Below, in pieces: positions 62,255 through 64,000 of a DNA stretch of 64,000 bases. The translations under genes were made by a program, and so were the position numbers. Origin of the DNA: Saccostrea echinata (Eukaryota); NCBI RefSeq assembly GCF_033153115.1, contig NW_026889754.1, positions 16,368,001 to 16,432,000 of the forward strand. The letters run 5' to 3'. The notes beneath the pieces are model-generated. The model had not been told where the DNA came from, made no database searches, and worked only from the letters and a program-made list of their open reading frames with translations. Numbering within the stretch: position 1 is the stretch's first letter; each line of letters starts with the position of its first letter.

Positions 62255-63465
62255 TAGGGAATGGGTAATTGATAAAAGTAATTGTAATTAAGTGTAATAA
62301 ATTACATTTTCAAAGTAATTGGAAGTAATTTGTAATTGACCATTTTTTCAATTACATGTAATTGAATATAATTAATTACAATGAAATAAAATACCCTGTA
62401 ATTTCACTTACGTTTCAATTACATTTCAATTACTTTACAGTTTACATAATACATATTATGTGTATCTAATAGGAAAATATTTCCAACACAGTCACATTTT
62501 ACAGTTTTTTTTAATTTATTCAAAGGAGCCCTTCTGTTTTTCAAAATTTTAAACTCTTTTATATCTCAATAAATGAATTTGATATATTGCCTTGTTTATA
62601 AAAATATTAGTTTGTTTTATAATTATAATGCACATAAAGAATTAATACTATTTTAATGTTTATCAAAAATTGTTCTACCTCTCATTGGTATAAGTATGAA
62701 AACATTTCAATTTATTGTTGCTAGATTATCAAAAAAGAATAGAAAATAATTTAATGTGTCATTAAGACCTGCCTTGTTGCCCTTCAACTCCCAGCTGTAA
62801 ATTGCTATCAAACCAACCCTCCAAAATTTTATACCAATCTTTGATTTAATTCAAAGTTATGACCATTAAAGGTGATTTATTAAATATTATTAAGAATGCT
62901 CTACTATGCATATACATGTACTTCAGAAAAGAAATAAATTATTATTTAATCACTATTTTAACATTTAAACAGACCTTTATATACATGTATGCATTTGGTA
63001 TCTGAAATAGTTATTACATAAAAAAGGTATTATTTGTCAACATTTGCAATTTAAGGTGTTTAGCTTGCCTACCTGTAGCTGAAATAATTTGAGAGTATTT
63101 TATGGTTGATCCTTAAACTCTTGAAAACTTGCTTTTAAACAAATTTCATAAAGGCAGTCAATTAATTGATAAATGTACATGTAGTACTAGGTCTTATGTT
63201 GATGAAATACACAAACATAACAGACACCTGATATTATTTATTTTAAGTATTCCCCTGCCTTAAATTTATATGCATTTGTTCTTCCAGATTTTTGAAAAGG
63301 AAACAAAAGTAATTGAAATGTATTTAATTACATTCTTTAAAGTAATTGAGAGTAATTTATTACATTTGTAAAAACCAATGTAATTGTAATTTCAAGTAAT
63401 TGACAAATTTTTCAATGTATTTGAAAGTAATTAATTACATTTCAAAGTAATTGACCCCAACCCTG
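62255..63465. mobile_element. Same hAT family, copy 2, inverted
   Basis: Colinear reverse complement of 26734-27928; CTGTCAGG is repeated at both flanks (4-bp offset on the right). Confidence 0.8.
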
Positions 63466-64000
63466 ACTGCTGTCAGGTCATACTTTTTTAACACCTTCAT
63501 TGCCCCCTTGATCCAGTTGGTACTACTTTCAGATTTTATAATTAGCTGTCGCCCTGCCATTTGATTAATTACTTTTAAGGGGTCTTTGGCTACATTTAGG
63601 AAAGTAGTAATAATTTTGGTGTCAATATGCGCCTCTTTTTTGTTTTAATCAGCTCCAATCTAAGCTAAGCTACTACGCAGTCGTATCAGGAAGAGTTTGA
63701 AGTAATTTTAATACCTTCCTTTGACATATTTTTAAGTTTTCACTATCCATTTTCTATACATTGAATACCTGTAACTCACCCCATTGTGGAGCCTAGATTT
63801 GACAAATACTGACCATATATTCACTGTATTGGCAAGAAAACCATTTTCTCCATGCGTGCCACTTCTAAATGGGGCATATATAGTTCTTATAATTCATGTT
63901 AACAAGCTAGGGTCAACCCTGATAATAAACTTTAAAATACGTCAATCGGATTTTCATTTTAACATGAAATTCAAATGCAGAAATTTCACACATATTAACA

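Overview
AT-rich, intron-rich animal DNA, most likely an oyster-like bivalve (inferred from ~166-bp satellite arrays inside Helentron-type elements and tRNA/Deu-domain SINEs). The host gene is on the minus strand (~23.6-59.9 kb): an immunoglobulin-superfamily type I membrane receptor with an FN3-like exon, 5 Ig exons, FN3, TM and a tail carrying ITIM/ITSM-like tyrosine motifs. The main find is an 18,449-bp DNA transposon (34616-53064) in the intron between its third and fourth Ig exons. It has 27-bp TIRs (26/27 identical, CGCAGC termini) and a 2-bp AA target duplication. It encodes a RAG1/Transib-like (CMC-signature) DDE transposase with an inserted SAP-like motif. That ORF splices into 12 further exons, the 11 internal ones all phase 1-1 and frame-preserving, including tandemly amplified Gly/Asp/His-rich exons (~1,631 aa predicted). 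A candidate second spliced gene runs convergently from the right end. Two 0.7-0.9 kb non-autonomous elements with related TIRs lie elsewhere in the window. The rest is nested, decayed TEs: Gypsy pol, Penelope-like RT, hAT/hAT5, Harbinger and EnSpm-like MITEs, Helentrons, SINEs and microsatellites. All gene models were read by eye and no database search was possible.
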